Part shown: one piece after another, positions 12,106-24,499 of the stretch
How the letters are laid out: each line of letters begins with the position of its first letter
How positions within the stretch are numbered: position 1 is the first letter of the stretch
DNA from: Macrostomum lignano
Lineage: Eukaryota
NCBI GenBank assembly: GCA_002269645.1
Contig: NIVC01000168.1
Location: 310,001 to 374,000 of the forward strand
Direction of reading: 5' to 3'
Length of the DNA stretch: 64,000 nt
Notes under the pieces: generated by a model
The model's input: the letters and a program-made list of their open reading frames with translations, nothing else
Database searches by the model: none
What the model was told of the DNA's origin: nothing
Position numbers and translations under genes: made by a program

Positions 12106-13329
12106 CAGGGGCGTAGCCAGAGGGGGGGGCAAGGGGGCCGTGGCCCCCCATAATCACCAACTCTGGCCTTGGCGCCCCCTCCACCTAAAAGAAACCGGCG
12201 CCCCCCCCCCTAAAAGAAACTGGCGCCCCCACTAAAAGAAACTGGCGCCCCCTAAAAGAAGCTGGCGCCCCCTAAAAGAAACTGGCGCCCCCTAAAAGAA
12301 ACTGGCGTCCCCTAAAAGAAGCTGGCGCCCCCTAAAAGAAACTGGCGCCCCCTAAAAGAAACTGGCGTCCCCCTAAAAGAAACTGGCGCCCCCTAAAAGA
12401 AACTGGCGCCCCCTAAAAGAAACTGGCGCCCCCACTAAAAGAAACTAGCGTCCCCCTAAAAGAAACTGGCGTCCCCCTAAAAGAAACTGGCGCCCCCTAA
12501 AAGAAACTGGCGCCCCCACTAAAAGAAACTGGCGCCCCCTATAAGAAACTGGCGCCCCCCCTAAAAGAAACTGGCGCCCCCCTCCTAAAAGAAACTGGCG
12601 CCCCCCTAAAAGAAACTGGCGCCCCCTCCTAAAAGAAACTGGCGCCCCCTAAAAGAAACTGGCGTCCCCCTAAAAGAAACTGGCGCCCCCTATAAGAAAC
12701 TGGCGCCCCCTAAAAGAAACTGGCACCCCCCTCCTAAAAGAAACTGGCGCCCCCTAAAAGAAGCTGGCGCCCCCTAAAAGAAACTGGCGCCCCCTAAAAG
12801 AAACTGGCGTCCCCCTAAAAGAAGCTGGCGCCCCCTAAAAGAAACTGGCGCCCCCTAAAAGAAACTGGCGTCCCCCTAAAAGAAACTGGCGCCCCCTAAA
12901 AGAAACTGGCGCCCCCTAAAAGAAACTGGCGCCCCCACTAAAAGAAACTAGCGTCCCCCTAAAAGAAACTGGCGTCCCCCTAAAAGAAACTGGCGCCCCC
13001 TAAAAGAAACTGGCGCCCCCACTAAAAGAAACTGGCGCCCCCTATAAGAAACTGGCGCCCCCCTAAAAGAAACTGGCGCCCCCCTCCTAAAAGAAACTGG
13101 CGCCCCCCTAAAAGAAACTGGCGCCCCCTCCTAAAAGAAACTGGCGCCCCCTAAAAGAAACTGGCGCCCCCCTCCTAAAAGAAACTGGCGCCCCCTAAAA
13201 GAAACTGGCGTCCCCCTAAAAGAAACTGGCGCCCCCCCCTAAAAGAAACTGGCGCCCCCCCCCCCTATAAGAAGCTGGCGCCCCCTAACTCACGCCCCCC
13301 CCCAATCAAAATTCCTGGCTACGCCCCTG
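12106..13329. mobile_element. Non-autonomous hAT-type DNA element carrying a 20-25-bp minisatellite
   Basis: Perfect 15-bp TIRs CAGGGGCGTAGCCAG (12106-12120) and CTGGCTACGCCCCTG (13315-13329). Exact 8-bp TSD AAAATACA at 12098-12105 and 13330-13337. The interior is (ctaaaagaaactggcgccccc)n. Confidence 0.92.
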
Positions 13330-13567
13330 AAAATACACAGGCTTTGGTTCACCTTGGTTGTATGGGCACAGAGTGTGCACCTCTGCAATAATAACAATAA
13401 TTCCTTTGGCAGAATCATCCCACAGCCAGTGCTGACGGCAATTCTTCCCATTCCGCTCACCCCTGAGCACATGCAAGCCACGGAATTAAATCAAGGGGTC
13501 GTGGCCCGAAAGTCAGACTCTGCCACAGCAACTCATTTGACGGACTTGTTCTTTGTTAATCGAATAG

Positions 13568-13826
13568 GGGGTTGTAGCCTAGTGGTTAAGAACGTCGGAC
13601 TTACGACTTGAAGATCGGGGGTTCGATTCCCGATTCTACTGGAACAATTTGTGTCCTTGAGCAAGACACTTAACTCTGCATTGCTTCAGTTCACCCAGCT
13701 GTAAAATGGGTGCCAGCATTAGCTGCGGTAATTGAGGGTGTGTGGCGACCCCCCCAGTCCTTGGACTGAACAGCCGTACGCAGCCTTCAGATGCGCCGCG
13801 CAATAGCTGCGGCTGAGCTGTCGGTT
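13568..13826 (+). mobile_element. tRNA-derived CORE-SINE, copy 2 (full length)
   Basis: A box TAGCCTAGTGG, B box GGTTCGATTCC, a tRNA-Val-like loop CT-TAC-GA, the CORE domain, and a 3' tail shared with the other copies. Confidence 0.88.
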
Positions 13827-13899
13827 GCACATCTGGCCCAATTAGGGTAGGTGTAATCATTAATTAATCTAATGCGAGTGTTATCTCCTTTTACTGCAG

Positions 13900-16800
13900 C
13901 GCCACCCAGGTTCTGGTGGCGAAGAACACCAAGAACTTATTTAACGCCAACACACTGCGCAACATTCGCGAATATTACGCCACAATGAATGAGTACGACG
14001 AACACGGCTACGCTCCAATTCACCAATCGGCCCAGCGATCCCTGCTCAAATCAATTGAGAAATTTGTGCAGACAAACCGCAACCAACTGGAACTGGAGAC
14101 CCAAGATGAGTACAAGTTCACCGCTTTTCTTGTTGCCGTCAAATATGGCCAAATCACGGCTGTCAAGCTGCTGACCGACCTGGGATCTCAGCTGGACGCC
14201 ACCACTGCTCAGGGACTGAATGCTGTTGAACTCGCGGCAGCGGAGGGGCACACGGATATTGTGGACTATTTTGTGACGCTGAACTCTCCCAAGCTGCAGC
14301 CGTGGCCAACCCTGTTTAAACTGCTGGCCTCTCTGGCTGAGGACGATGTGCACACTGCAGCCAGGTGCTTGAAACCGCTGCTGCAGGTGAGGCATTGGGT
14401 TGAAACTGAGTGACTGCAATTAAGTGATTGAGAGAGTGACAGAGATAGTTACAGAGAGGGAGAGAGAGAGAGAGAGAGAGAGATAGAGAGAGAGAGTGTG
14501 ACAAAGCGAGACTGAGATATTGACCGAGATAGTGACATAAGTACTAAAATAGTGACGGAGATGACTGAGAGCGTGACTAAAAATAGTGACAGAGAAAGTG
14601 ACTAAGTGAGACTAAGATTTTGTCAGAGATAGTGATAGAGATGACTGAGAGAGTGACAGAGGGTGACAAAGATGACTGAAAGAGTGACAAGAGTGACATA
14701 GAGTGACAGGGATAGTAACAGAAAGTGCCAAATTCACAAACATTAAGTGCCACATTCACAAACATTTGAGTGCCACATTCAGACACATTTAAATGCCACA
14801 TTCACACAGATACAAGTGCCACATTCACAGACATTTAAGTGCCACATTCACAGACATTTGAATGCCACATTTACACACATTTAAGTGCCACATTCACACA
14901 GATACAAGTGCCACATTCACACAGATACAAGTGCCACATTCACAGACATTTAAGTGCCACATTCACAGACATTTGAATGCCACATTTACACACATTTAAG
15001 TGCCACATTCACACAGATACAAGTGCCACATTCACACAGATACAAATGCCACATTCACACACATTTAAGTGCCACTATCAACACCCACCACGCCGCAGGA
15101 GCGGGCAGACGGCAGCGTGAGCCGGCACTGGGAGGCGGCCCTATCCAACGGCGTCGTACCGGCTGTGATTGCGTCGTTGAAAAATGACATCGACACTCGA
15201 GCCAAGCTGACCAGCTTCCGACTGCTGCTCCATCTGACCCCGGCCCCCGCTGTGCAATCGGCGATACTGGCGCATCCCGACGCTCTGACAGTTTTAAATC
15301 GTCTGGTTGACACCACCGCGGCAGCCAACAGTGCCGGCAACAGTTCGTGGAATGCTCCGGCTCTGATGCGGATGCTCGGCCGTCTGTACCGACTGTTGAG
15401 CAGCTCGCGTCCCGAGCAGGCCAGCGTCTGCGTGAAAGCTGGCGGTCTGGGCGCCCTGTGCCGCTGTCTCGGCCTGCTGTCCGGAGAATCCGAACCGGAC
15501 GCTCTGGCCGAAGTTGTTGAAGCTATCGGAGCTATGGTTAAGGTTTGTTTTAGCTATATCTTAGATTTAGTGTTGGTTCCAATGGCGCCAAAAATTTCAG
15601 TTCCTGAGGCGCCAAAACTTCAGCTCCAGAAGCGACAAAAGTTCAGTTTCAGAGGCGCCAAAAGTTCAGTTTCAGAGGTGCCAAAAGTTCAGTTTCAGAG
15701 GCGCCAAAAGTTCAGTTCCAGAGGCGCCAAAAGTTCAGTTCCAGAGGCGCCAAAAGTTCAGTTCCAGAGGCGCCAAATGTTCAGTTTCAGAGGCGCCAAA
15801 AGTTCAGTTTCAGAGGCGCCAAAAGTTCAGTTTCAGAGGTGCCAAAAGTTCAGTTTCAGAGGCGCCAAAAGTTCAGTTCCAGAGGCGCCAAAAGTTCAGT
15901 TTCAGAGGCGCCAAAAGTTCAGTTCCAGAGGCGCCAAATGTTCAGTTTCAGAGGCGCCAAAAGTTCAGTTTCAGAGGCGCCAAAAGTTCAGTTCCAGAGG
16001 CGCCAAAAGTTCAGTTTCAGAGGCGCCAAAAGTTCAGTTTCAGAGGCGCCAAAAGTTCAGTTCCAAAGGCGCCAAAAGTTCAGTTTCAGAGGCGCCAAAA
16101 GTTCAGTTCCAGAGGCGCCAAAAGTTCAGTTCCAGAGGCGCCAAAAGTTCAGTTCCAGAGGCGCCAAATGTTCAGTTTCAGAGGCGCCAAAAGTTCAGTT
16201 TCAGAGGCGCCAAAAGTTCAGTTCCAGAGGCGCCAAAAGTTCAGTTTCAGAGGCGCCAAAAGTTCAGTTTCAGAGGCGCCAAAAGTTCAGTTCCAAAGGC
16301 GCCAAAAGTTCAGTTTCAGAGGCGCCAAAAGTTCAGTTCCAGAGGCGCCAAAAGTTCAGTTCCAGAGGCGCCAAAAGTTCAGTTCCAAAGGCGCCAAAAG
16401 TTCAGTTTCAGAGGCGCCAAAAGTTCAGTTTCAGAGGCGCCAAAAGTTCAGTTTCAGAGGCGCCAAAAGTTCAGTTTCAGAGGCGCCAAAAGTTCAGTTC
16501 CAGAGGCGCCAAAAGTTCAGTTTCAGAGGCGCCAAAAGTTCAGTTTCAGAGGCGCCAAAAGTTCAGTTCCAAAGGCGCCAAAAGTTCTTTCTCTCTCCAA
16601 AAACATTTTAATTACAAATTCACAGAAAGCAGTCCCTAATATCACTGAACGTCTGCGCTAATGATAACCAAAACCCACCAACCGCGCAGGGCAACCCCAG
16701 TCACCAGTCGCAGGTGAACAAAGAGCCGACCAACATTCAACAGTTGGTGTCGTTCTATCGACGCAGCTCCGACGGACAGCCGTGCCTGCACAAAGGCCTG

Positions 16801-19800
16801 CTGTTCGCCCTCACCCACTGCGTCGCGTCTCTGGCTGAGGGTCATCGAGGTGACTGTTGGTCATTGATTCAGAATATACCCTATTCACCAATATCTATTC
16901 ACAAAGCACATATTAACCAGCACTCATTTAGCAGGACATTTTGAACAACAAACAACTATTAACTATTGCCAATTACCAAAACGTTTTTACTAAACTACTA
17001 GCTAGTAACCTTTCACCAACACCAACGTCAATATCCAATTAACCAACGTCCATTTACTAACACTCGTTTACCAACACCCATTCACCAACACCCTATTCAC
17101 CAACATCGATTCACCAACATCGATTCACCAACACCCATTCACCAACACCCATTCACTAACACCCTATTCATCAACATCGATTCACCAAATTCATTCACTA
17201 ACACCTATTCACCAACACCTCATTCACCAACACTCATTCACCAACACTCATTTACCAACACTCATTCACCAACACCCATTCACTAACACATCATTCACCA
17301 ACACACCATTCACCAACACCCCATTCACCAACACCCCATTCACCAACACACCATTCACCAACACACCATTCACCAACACCCCATTCACCAACACCCATTC
17401 ACCAACACACCATTTACCAACACACCATTCACCAACACATCATTAACCAACACACCATTCACCAACACATCATTCCCCAACACCCATTCACCAACACTCA
17501 TTCACCAAAACACCATTCACCAACACACCATTCACCAACACCCCATTCACCAACACCCATTCACCAACACCTATTCACCAACACCTATTCACCAACACCC
17601 ATTCACCAACACCTATTCACCAACACCTATTCACCAACACCCATTCACCAACGCATCGCAGACAACCAGTGCAGTCTGGTAGAGGCGGGCGCCGGCCCCA
17701 GCATTGTCTTCCTCTGCCGGGCCAAATCGAAGGACCTTCAACAGTCCGCCATCGACTGCCTCCGAGCCCTGGTTGACGGCAACCCCGACACGCAGCGCTC
17801 TCTGCTAAGCGACGGCGCTGTCCTACCGTTGCTGTCGCATTTGAAGCGCGCCAGATCGCAGGAGAATCAGGCGATCAGCGCCCTGGCAATTTGGCGCCTG
17901 GCTGGCGCCGACCCCGTTGAGCGCCGGACCATGGCAACCATGATTGGCATTCAAACTCTGCTAGACTTTATACAGGTAGGAATATAAGGAATATACCGCA
18001 TCACGGTTTTGCTTGATGATAAAATTAACCACAATTTTCGTTTTGCTAACTTTTGCTAAGGAGTGTTCAGATGCAAAGTAGGAGTGTTCACCTGTTAGAT
18101 AGGAGTGTTCGCCTGTTAGATAGGAGTGTTCACCTGTTAGATAGGAGTGTCACCTGTTAGATAGGAGTGTTCACCTGTTAGATAGGAGTGCTCACCTGTT
18201 AGATAAGGAGTGTTCACCTGTTAGATAAGGAGTGTTCACCTATTAGATAAGGAGTGTTCACCTGTTAGATAGGAGTGTTCACCTGTTAGATTTAGATAGG
18301 AGTGTTCACCTGTTAGATAGGAGTGTTCACCTGTTAGATAAGGAGTGTTCACCTGTTAGATAGGAGTGTTTACCTGTTAGATTTAGATAGGAGTGTTCAC
18401 CTGTTAGATTTAGATAGGAGTGTTCACCTGTTAGATAAGGAGTGTTCACCTGTTAGATAAGGAGTGTTCACCTGTTAGATTTAGATAGGAGTGTTCACTT
18501 GTTAGATAGGAGTGTTCACCTGTTAGATAAGGAGTGTTCACCTGTTAGATTTAGATAGGAGTGTTCACCTGTTAGATAGGAGTGTTCACCTGTTAGATAG
18601 GAGTGTTCACCTGTTAGATAGGAGTGTTCACCTGTTAGATTTAGATAGGAGTGTTCACCTGTTAGATAGGAGTGTTCACCTGTTAGATAGGAGTGTTCAC
18701 CTGTTAAATAGGAGTGTTCACCTGTTAGATAGGAGTGTTCACCTGTTAGATAGGAGTGTTCACCTGTTAGATAGGAGTGTTCACCTGTTAGATAAGGAGT
18801 GTTCACCTGTTAGATAAGTAGTGTTCACCTGTTAGATAGGAGTGTTCACCTGTTAGATTTAGATAGGAGTGTTCACCTGTTAGATAGGAGTGTTCACCTG
18901 TTAGATAGGAGTGTTCACCTGTTAGATAGGAGTGTTCACCTGTTAGATTTAGATAGGAGTGTTCACCTGTTAGATAGGAGTGTTCACCTGTTAGATAGGA
19001 GTGTTCACCTGTTAGATAAGGAGTGTTCACCTGTTAGATAAGGAGTGTTCACCTGTTAGATAGGAGTGCTCACATTCCAGATAGGAGTGCCACCTGTTAG
19101 ATAGGATTGTTTACCTGTTAGATAAGAGTGTCACCTGTTGGATAGGAGTGCCACCTGTTAGATAGGAGTGTCACCTGTTAGATAGGAGTGTTCGCATGTT
19201 AGATGGGAGTGTTCACATGTTAGATAGGAGTGTTCGCATGTTAGATAGGAGTGTTCACCTGTTAGATAGGAGTGTTCACCTGTTAGATAGGAGTGTTCAC
19301 CTATTAGATAAGAGTGCCACCTGTTGGATAGGAGTGCCACCTGTTAGATAGGAGTGTTCACCTGTTAGATAGGAGTGCTCACCTGTTAGATAGGAGTGCT
19401 CACCTGTTAGATAGGAGTGCTTACATGTCAGATCGAAGTGTTCACCTGTTAGATAGAAGTGTTCACATGTTAGATAGGAGTGCTCACATGTTAGATAGGA
19501 GTGTTCGCATGTTAGATGGGAATTCCTACCTGCTACAGCCAGGAGTGTAAACCATTAAGACAGGCGTGTAATTGCCTGTCCTAATTGCGACAGCAAGTCA
19601 CTGTTTATTACCAATGTAATGTCATCGCAGCTTCAAAAGATGAGGTAAATCTCAGCATCCAATCGAACACGCGGAGTCAATTTAAACAAAATGGACGAAT
19701 TCCAGATCAAATACGAGCCAGCTTACATAGCCAGCCAACAGGCTGCCAGAGCTAGGGCATTGCGCAATGCCAAAGCTGCTAGAAGCAGCAATCCAGCAGG

Positions 19801-22800
19801 CAGCAACAGCCAGTCTGACAAGCAGTATTTGTCTGTATCAAATAAAGGATACGCATCCACTTATAGAAGGCTGTCAGACGAGCTGCCATTGCAGTACAAT
19901 TTTGAAGATGAATTTGTAAATCTTCTGTGCCTCTCTCGATGTTAAAAGTACAAGTAGACTTTTATTTCTAAATGTCTCTTTAAACTAGTTGAAACAAATT
20001 TAAGTCTGTTTCTTGTTTATTTTCAACTAATCTATCGCTAAATCTTTCTGGTGCATGAGCTAGCCACTTCTCCGGTGAAAGATTTGTTTTAAATGTCGTA
20101 ACTTTAGATAATAATTAATTCTAACTGTTACAATTGTACCGATATTAAAATAAATCTGTGCAGGCAGATAGCAACATGTTAAAAGTTTGAACTACAAATT
20201 TCATAAATAAAATAATTCGGTTATTTACGTAGCTAACTACAATATAAAAATTACTATAAATTATAATAATGCAAAAATTCATGACAAAAAGTTAGTATAA
20301 AATTGACTACAAATTTATTCGCATCGAATGGAAAAAACAAATTAATGAAACATGTAAAATCATACAGTAAAATTGCATCTTAATTAAGACTAAAAATTTG
20401 TTTTTAATTTTTACATTTCAAATATTTTTATAGGACATATAGCCGTTTACCTACTACCCAGTGTGTAAGTAGTGTGTTTCAGAAAAAAAATTTGAAAATT
20501 CACTGAAAGTCGGCAAGAATCTCAACTTTAAATTTAAGAAACGAAGGCCACTGGTTTTTAAACCCAAGCTTAAAGTCACGTCCTATACACAAAAAATATA
20601 AATTTAATACCGCTTAAAACTGTTTCTTAAAATCGATTTGTTTCAATTATTGCATGCGATTTGTTGTCAAGCTGTCTATGGTTTTTTGCCAATTGGATAT
20701 ACAATTAATTTTTTATTTCAACTCGCTGCACTAATAAATTACTCAGTTGTTTAATTGTCTTAAATCTTGAAGTGGGTTGAAATAGCTAGAAGGGGGCAAA
20801 AAAGTCTCACTTCCCTACTGTGGACAGTAGGCAAGTAAAGAATATTGCATGTTAGCTATAGTTATTTCAAGAACAATCATATTACGTCATACTCGTTATT
20901 TTAATTCTTTTTTCAAATGTTTTTGCTTCTAGACAACCTCAGAGCAGCTGCACCTCATCGCTGCTGATGCTCTGTCTGTGCTGGCTGAAGGCCCAGTCTC
21001 TCAGCGACTGCGAATCTGCGATATGAACGGCATTTCTGCGCTAGTTCGCCTGTTACGATCGGAACGCGAACAGATTGTGGCGTGCGCTATTCGAGCGCTG
21101 AGACATCTCTGCGTTGGCGTTGGCAATACGCCTAGTCCGAAAGTTCAGGTATATTTATATAAATAAAATCGAGAATTTCTGGGGTTTTTGAAACATGGCC
21201 GTTGATTGAAGTGAAACGACCCTAATTTATGTTTAGTAAAACGAACCTTTTTTCAAAACGACTCTTAAATAATTCTACGATTAATACAACGTCCCTTTAC
21301 GAGCTTTGCGAAGACACATTTTTGTCGATTTAAACTCGCTTCTAACACCGCTGTCACATTTTTACTCGATACTAGCTATTGTCCTTAGTAAAGCGAATTT
21401 ACAGACATAGCCGAGCAACCATTAGATGAGTTTCATCAACTCCGCAGGCACGAGTTGTTGAAGCTCGCGGTCTGAAATTCCTCGTCGCCCTGATGGTGCA
21501 CGCCCGCGACGAGGCCATCCAGATGGAGGCGGCTCTGGCCGCGTCGGCCGTTGTCATGGGCAACCAGGAGGCGGCAGAGGATCTCAATTCGAGCCCGGAG
21601 TTCTCCTACATTGGGCCGTTGCGCTGTCTGTACTCTGAGGATCGGCCGGTACGCCAGCTGGCCGCCTCTGCTCTGTCCGGCTTTGCCTACAACAATGTCC
21701 GGGAGCAAAAGAAGATCGCCAGCTTGGGCGGAGTGAAATACGCCAATTTCTTGGAGTTTCTGCAGTCGACAGAAGAAATTGAGCGAGCGTTGGCAGCGTA
21801 TCAGGTGTGCTTTTGAAAAAAAAATGTTTTTGACGATTTTGAAAGTTTTGAAAGAACAAAGTAACTGCAGGTGTTAAAAACGGCCTTTTTAAAGGTTTGG
21901 AAAACGACCTTTTTAAAGATTTTGAAAAGTGGCCTTTTTAAAGGTTTTGAAAAATGGCCCTCTTCTAGAAAGTGATCCTTTCTAAGGTTTAAAAAAGGGC
22001 TTTTTTGCAGCTTCTAGCCCTTTTAAAGGCTTTTAACTGCCTTTTAAAAGTTTTGGAAAAACGGCCCTTTAAGGGTTTTAGAAAACGGCCCTACTAAAGG
22101 TTTAATTTGTCGGTCCCAGTTGTAGTATTAAAATGGTAATTTTACTATCTAAGGGAAAAACGTCTTGCGTTCGTGTTCACCTAGATTAAAAATACAATGT
22201 GACCTGCATATACCTGATCTGTATATGCTTACTTTCATGAATTCCCAGACCATAATTCTCGCCCGCATCATACCGGACGAGGATCAATCGATTTCGTCGG
22301 CTTGCGGTATTAAAATACTCTACGATTTGTTGACGCAGTCGCAGTCGGCACCAACTCAGTGGCTGGTAGCGGATTTAATCGCCTGCTTGGCCCATTCAAG
22401 AGCCGGTCTACCGCAGGTAAGCGTCTATAGTGTGTTTTATAGTTCTTGTAAAAAATATATTCTATTCTCAAGACAACCTAGGGCAGAGAGAATTCGGTTT
22501 AGATGTCGTAAACAGCTTGGGGTGCAGAAAAAATCGGGGTGGAGGTCGCAGACACTTTACGGTGCAGAGAAAATCGGGGTGGAGGTCGCAGACACTTTGG
22601 GGTGCAGAGAAAATCGAGGTGGAGGTCGCAGACACTTTGGGGTGCAGAGAAAATCGGGGTGGAGGTTGCAGACACTTTGGGGTGCAGAGAAAATCGGGGT
22701 GGAGGTTGCAGACACTTTGGGGTGCAGAGAAAATCGGGGTGGAGGTCGCAGACACTTTGGGGTGCAGAGAAAATCGGGGTGGAGGTTGCAGACACTTTGG

Positions 22801-24335
22801 GGTGCAGAGAAAATCGGGGTGGAGGTCGCAGACACTTTGGGGTGCAGAGAAAATCGGGCTGGAGGTTGCAGACACTTTTGGGTGCAGAGAAAATCGGGCT
22901 GGAGGTTGCAGACACTTTTGGGTGCAGAGAAAATCGGGCTGGAGGTTGCAGACACTTTGGGGTGCAGAAAAAATCGGGGTGGAGGTTGCAGACACTTTAC
23001 GGTGCAGAGAAAATCGGGGTGGAGGTCGCAGACACTTTGGGGTGCAGAGAAAATCGAGGTGGAGGTCGCAGACACTTTGGGGTGCAGAGAAAATCGGGGT
23101 GGAGGTTGCAGACACTTTGGGGTGCAGAGAAAATCGGGGTGGAGGTCGCAGACACTTTGGGTGCAGAGAAAATCGGGGTGGAGGTTGCAGACACTTTGGG
23201 GTGCAGAGAAAATCGGGGTGGAGGTTGCAGACACTTTGGGGTGCAGAGAAAATCGGGGTGGAGGTCGCAGACACTTTGGGGTGCAGAGAAAATCGGGGTG
23301 GAGGTCGCAGACACTTTGGGGCGCAGAGAAATCGGAGTGGAGGGTGCAGAGAAATTTAGAAGAAATTCATTTCTTTTGATTAGCTAATGCTTTACCCGCG
23401 TGTTTTCGAAGGCTCTCATAGGAATCGGAGCCATCGACGGTCTCGCCCGTCTGATCCAGTCACCGTTAGAGAGCGTTCGCGGCTGCGCCTCCGTAGCCTT
23501 GGGCTACCTGTCGCACGAGCCCTCAGGTCGCCGGTTCATTCTCACACTGTGCCGACGCGATCCATTCGTTATGAAATCCATACTGTTCTATTCGAAGGAT
23601 TGCCTGGCGCCGCAGTTCACGGAGGGTTGGCACCATTATCAGCGAGTTGGACTGCCACCGATTCGGTGAGGGAGAACATATTTTATTATGATTGTTTAAA
23701 ACCGTAAGTGAGGGATTCGGGGAAGAAGAAGAATACAGAGGTGGAAAAGACAGCAAAGAAAGAAGGAAAACAGATAAAAGAGGAGAGGGGAAGGAAGAGA
23801 GAAGGGACGTGGATAAATGGAAAGAGAGGGAAAGAGGGGAAAAGGAGGGAAAGAAGGGAGAGGAGAAGAGAGGGAGGAGAGGGAGGAGAGGGAATGAGAA
23901 GAGAGAGAGAGAGGAGTGAGACAAGACTCCATCAGCCGAGTATCCAAGTCTCGCAATAAGCAAGCCAATGCAGCTCAATTGAGTTCTCCGAAATCGCACA
24001 GCCCCGGACGGCCCCAGCTGGTCACGAGGCGCACAGCTGACTACAGAGCGGAGCACGAGCCCACAATGGTCACGCTGATCGACAGGGCCGCGCCGCCGCT
24101 GACGCCAGCGCCGAGTAGGCGCGGCCGAAGGTATCGCGCCGGCACCGCCGACTCGGAAGATGACGAGGACGACGACGATGACGAACCCGGCGTAGAAGCG
24201 GGAGGCATCGAGCCAGATGCGACGGGAGACGCAGGCACCAATGCTGACCAAGAGCAGCAGCAAGAGCCTCAACAGCAGCAGAGAGCTCTGTCTCGAGGCG
24301 CTTCCACTGCCAGCAACTTTTCCACTGTAGCTTAG
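13900..24335 (+). CDS. ANKAR: Ankyrin- and armadillo-repeat protein (ANKAR-like), 9 exons, >930 aa, 5' end unresolved
   Basis: Phase-consistent exons: 13900-14386, 15099-15542, 16690-16849, 17662-17975, 20933-21148, 21448-21804, 22249-22416, 23412-23665, 23936-24335. Ankyrin repeats (GYAPIHQSA, FTAFLVAVKYG, GLNAVELAAAEGH) are followed by many ARM repeats (GISALVRLL, GAIDGLARLI) and a LGYLSH...VGLPPI end like ANKAR, then an acidic tail. Exon 17662-17975 is absent from the ORF track. Confidence 0.85.
14730..15070. repeat. 23-bp minisatellite in an ANKAR intron, preceded by (GA)n and a degenerate gtgacagag block at 14460-14720
   Basis: (gccacattcacacagatacaagt / gccacattcacagacatttaagt)n. Confidence 0.9.
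15580..16590. repeat. 23-bp minisatellite in an ANKAR intron
   Basis: (ggcgccaaaagttcagtttcaga)n. It is stop-free on the + strand and so produces 23-aa repeat ORFs. Confidence 0.95.
17040..17652. repeat. 14-15-bp minisatellite in an ANKAR intron
   Basis: (ccattcaccaacac)n, running to within about 10 nt of the acceptor at 17661. Confidence 0.9.
18060..19540. repeat. 21-bp minisatellite in an ANKAR intron
   Basis: (gataggagtgttcacctgtta)n with occasional +1 and +6 variants. Confidence 0.95.
19691..19945 (+). CDS. Candidate small nested ORF (84 aa) within the ANKAR intron 17976-20932
   Basis: Non-repetitive and more GC-rich than its flanks, with an A-rich ATG context (aaacaaaATG) and an AATAAA near 20149. 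It is not needed for the ANKAR splice path (17975 to 20933 is already phase 0). Confidence 0.4.
   Translation: MDEFQIKYEPAYIASQQAARARALRNAKAARSSNPAGSNSQSDKQYLSVSNKGYASTYRRLSDELPLQYNFEDEFVNLLCLSRC
22520..23350. repeat. 41-bp minisatellite in an ANKAR intron
   Basis: (ggggtgcagagaaaatcggggtggaggtcgcagacacttt-type)n, essentially stop-free on both strands. Confidence 0.95.
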
Positions 24336-24499
24336 AGATTTTCACTGCATGGGAAATGCCGGCGGACCGTGTGATTCTCTTCATAGAAACTTATGTAATC
24401 ATTTTAATTTTTAAATACGAAGTTGGGTACGCCAAGTGGATATTAGTGTCGTTAGACGTAGTTAATCTGTGCTAGATGTGGTTTTCTATCTGGGAATTC

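Noticed and set aside
13568-13640. tRNA-Val gene
   Set aside because: The acceptor stem is not completed, and the sequence continues into the CORE domain shared by five dispersed copies. It is a SINE head.
15069-16661. 530-aa ORF with 23-aa K/R-rich repeats
   Set aside because: This is ANKAR exon 15099-15542 reading through into a stop-free 23-bp intronic array. A good donor at 15543 and a phase-matched next exon explain it.
22165-23387. Long ORFs in nearly all six frames
   Set aside because: These come from a stop-free 41-bp minisatellite. Only 22249-22416 is a real exon.
23692-23968. Charged or low-complexity ORFs from GA-rich tracts (also 35233-35587 and 52027-52419)
   Set aside because: These are purine/pyrimidine low-complexity intronic or intergenic sequences with no coding signal.
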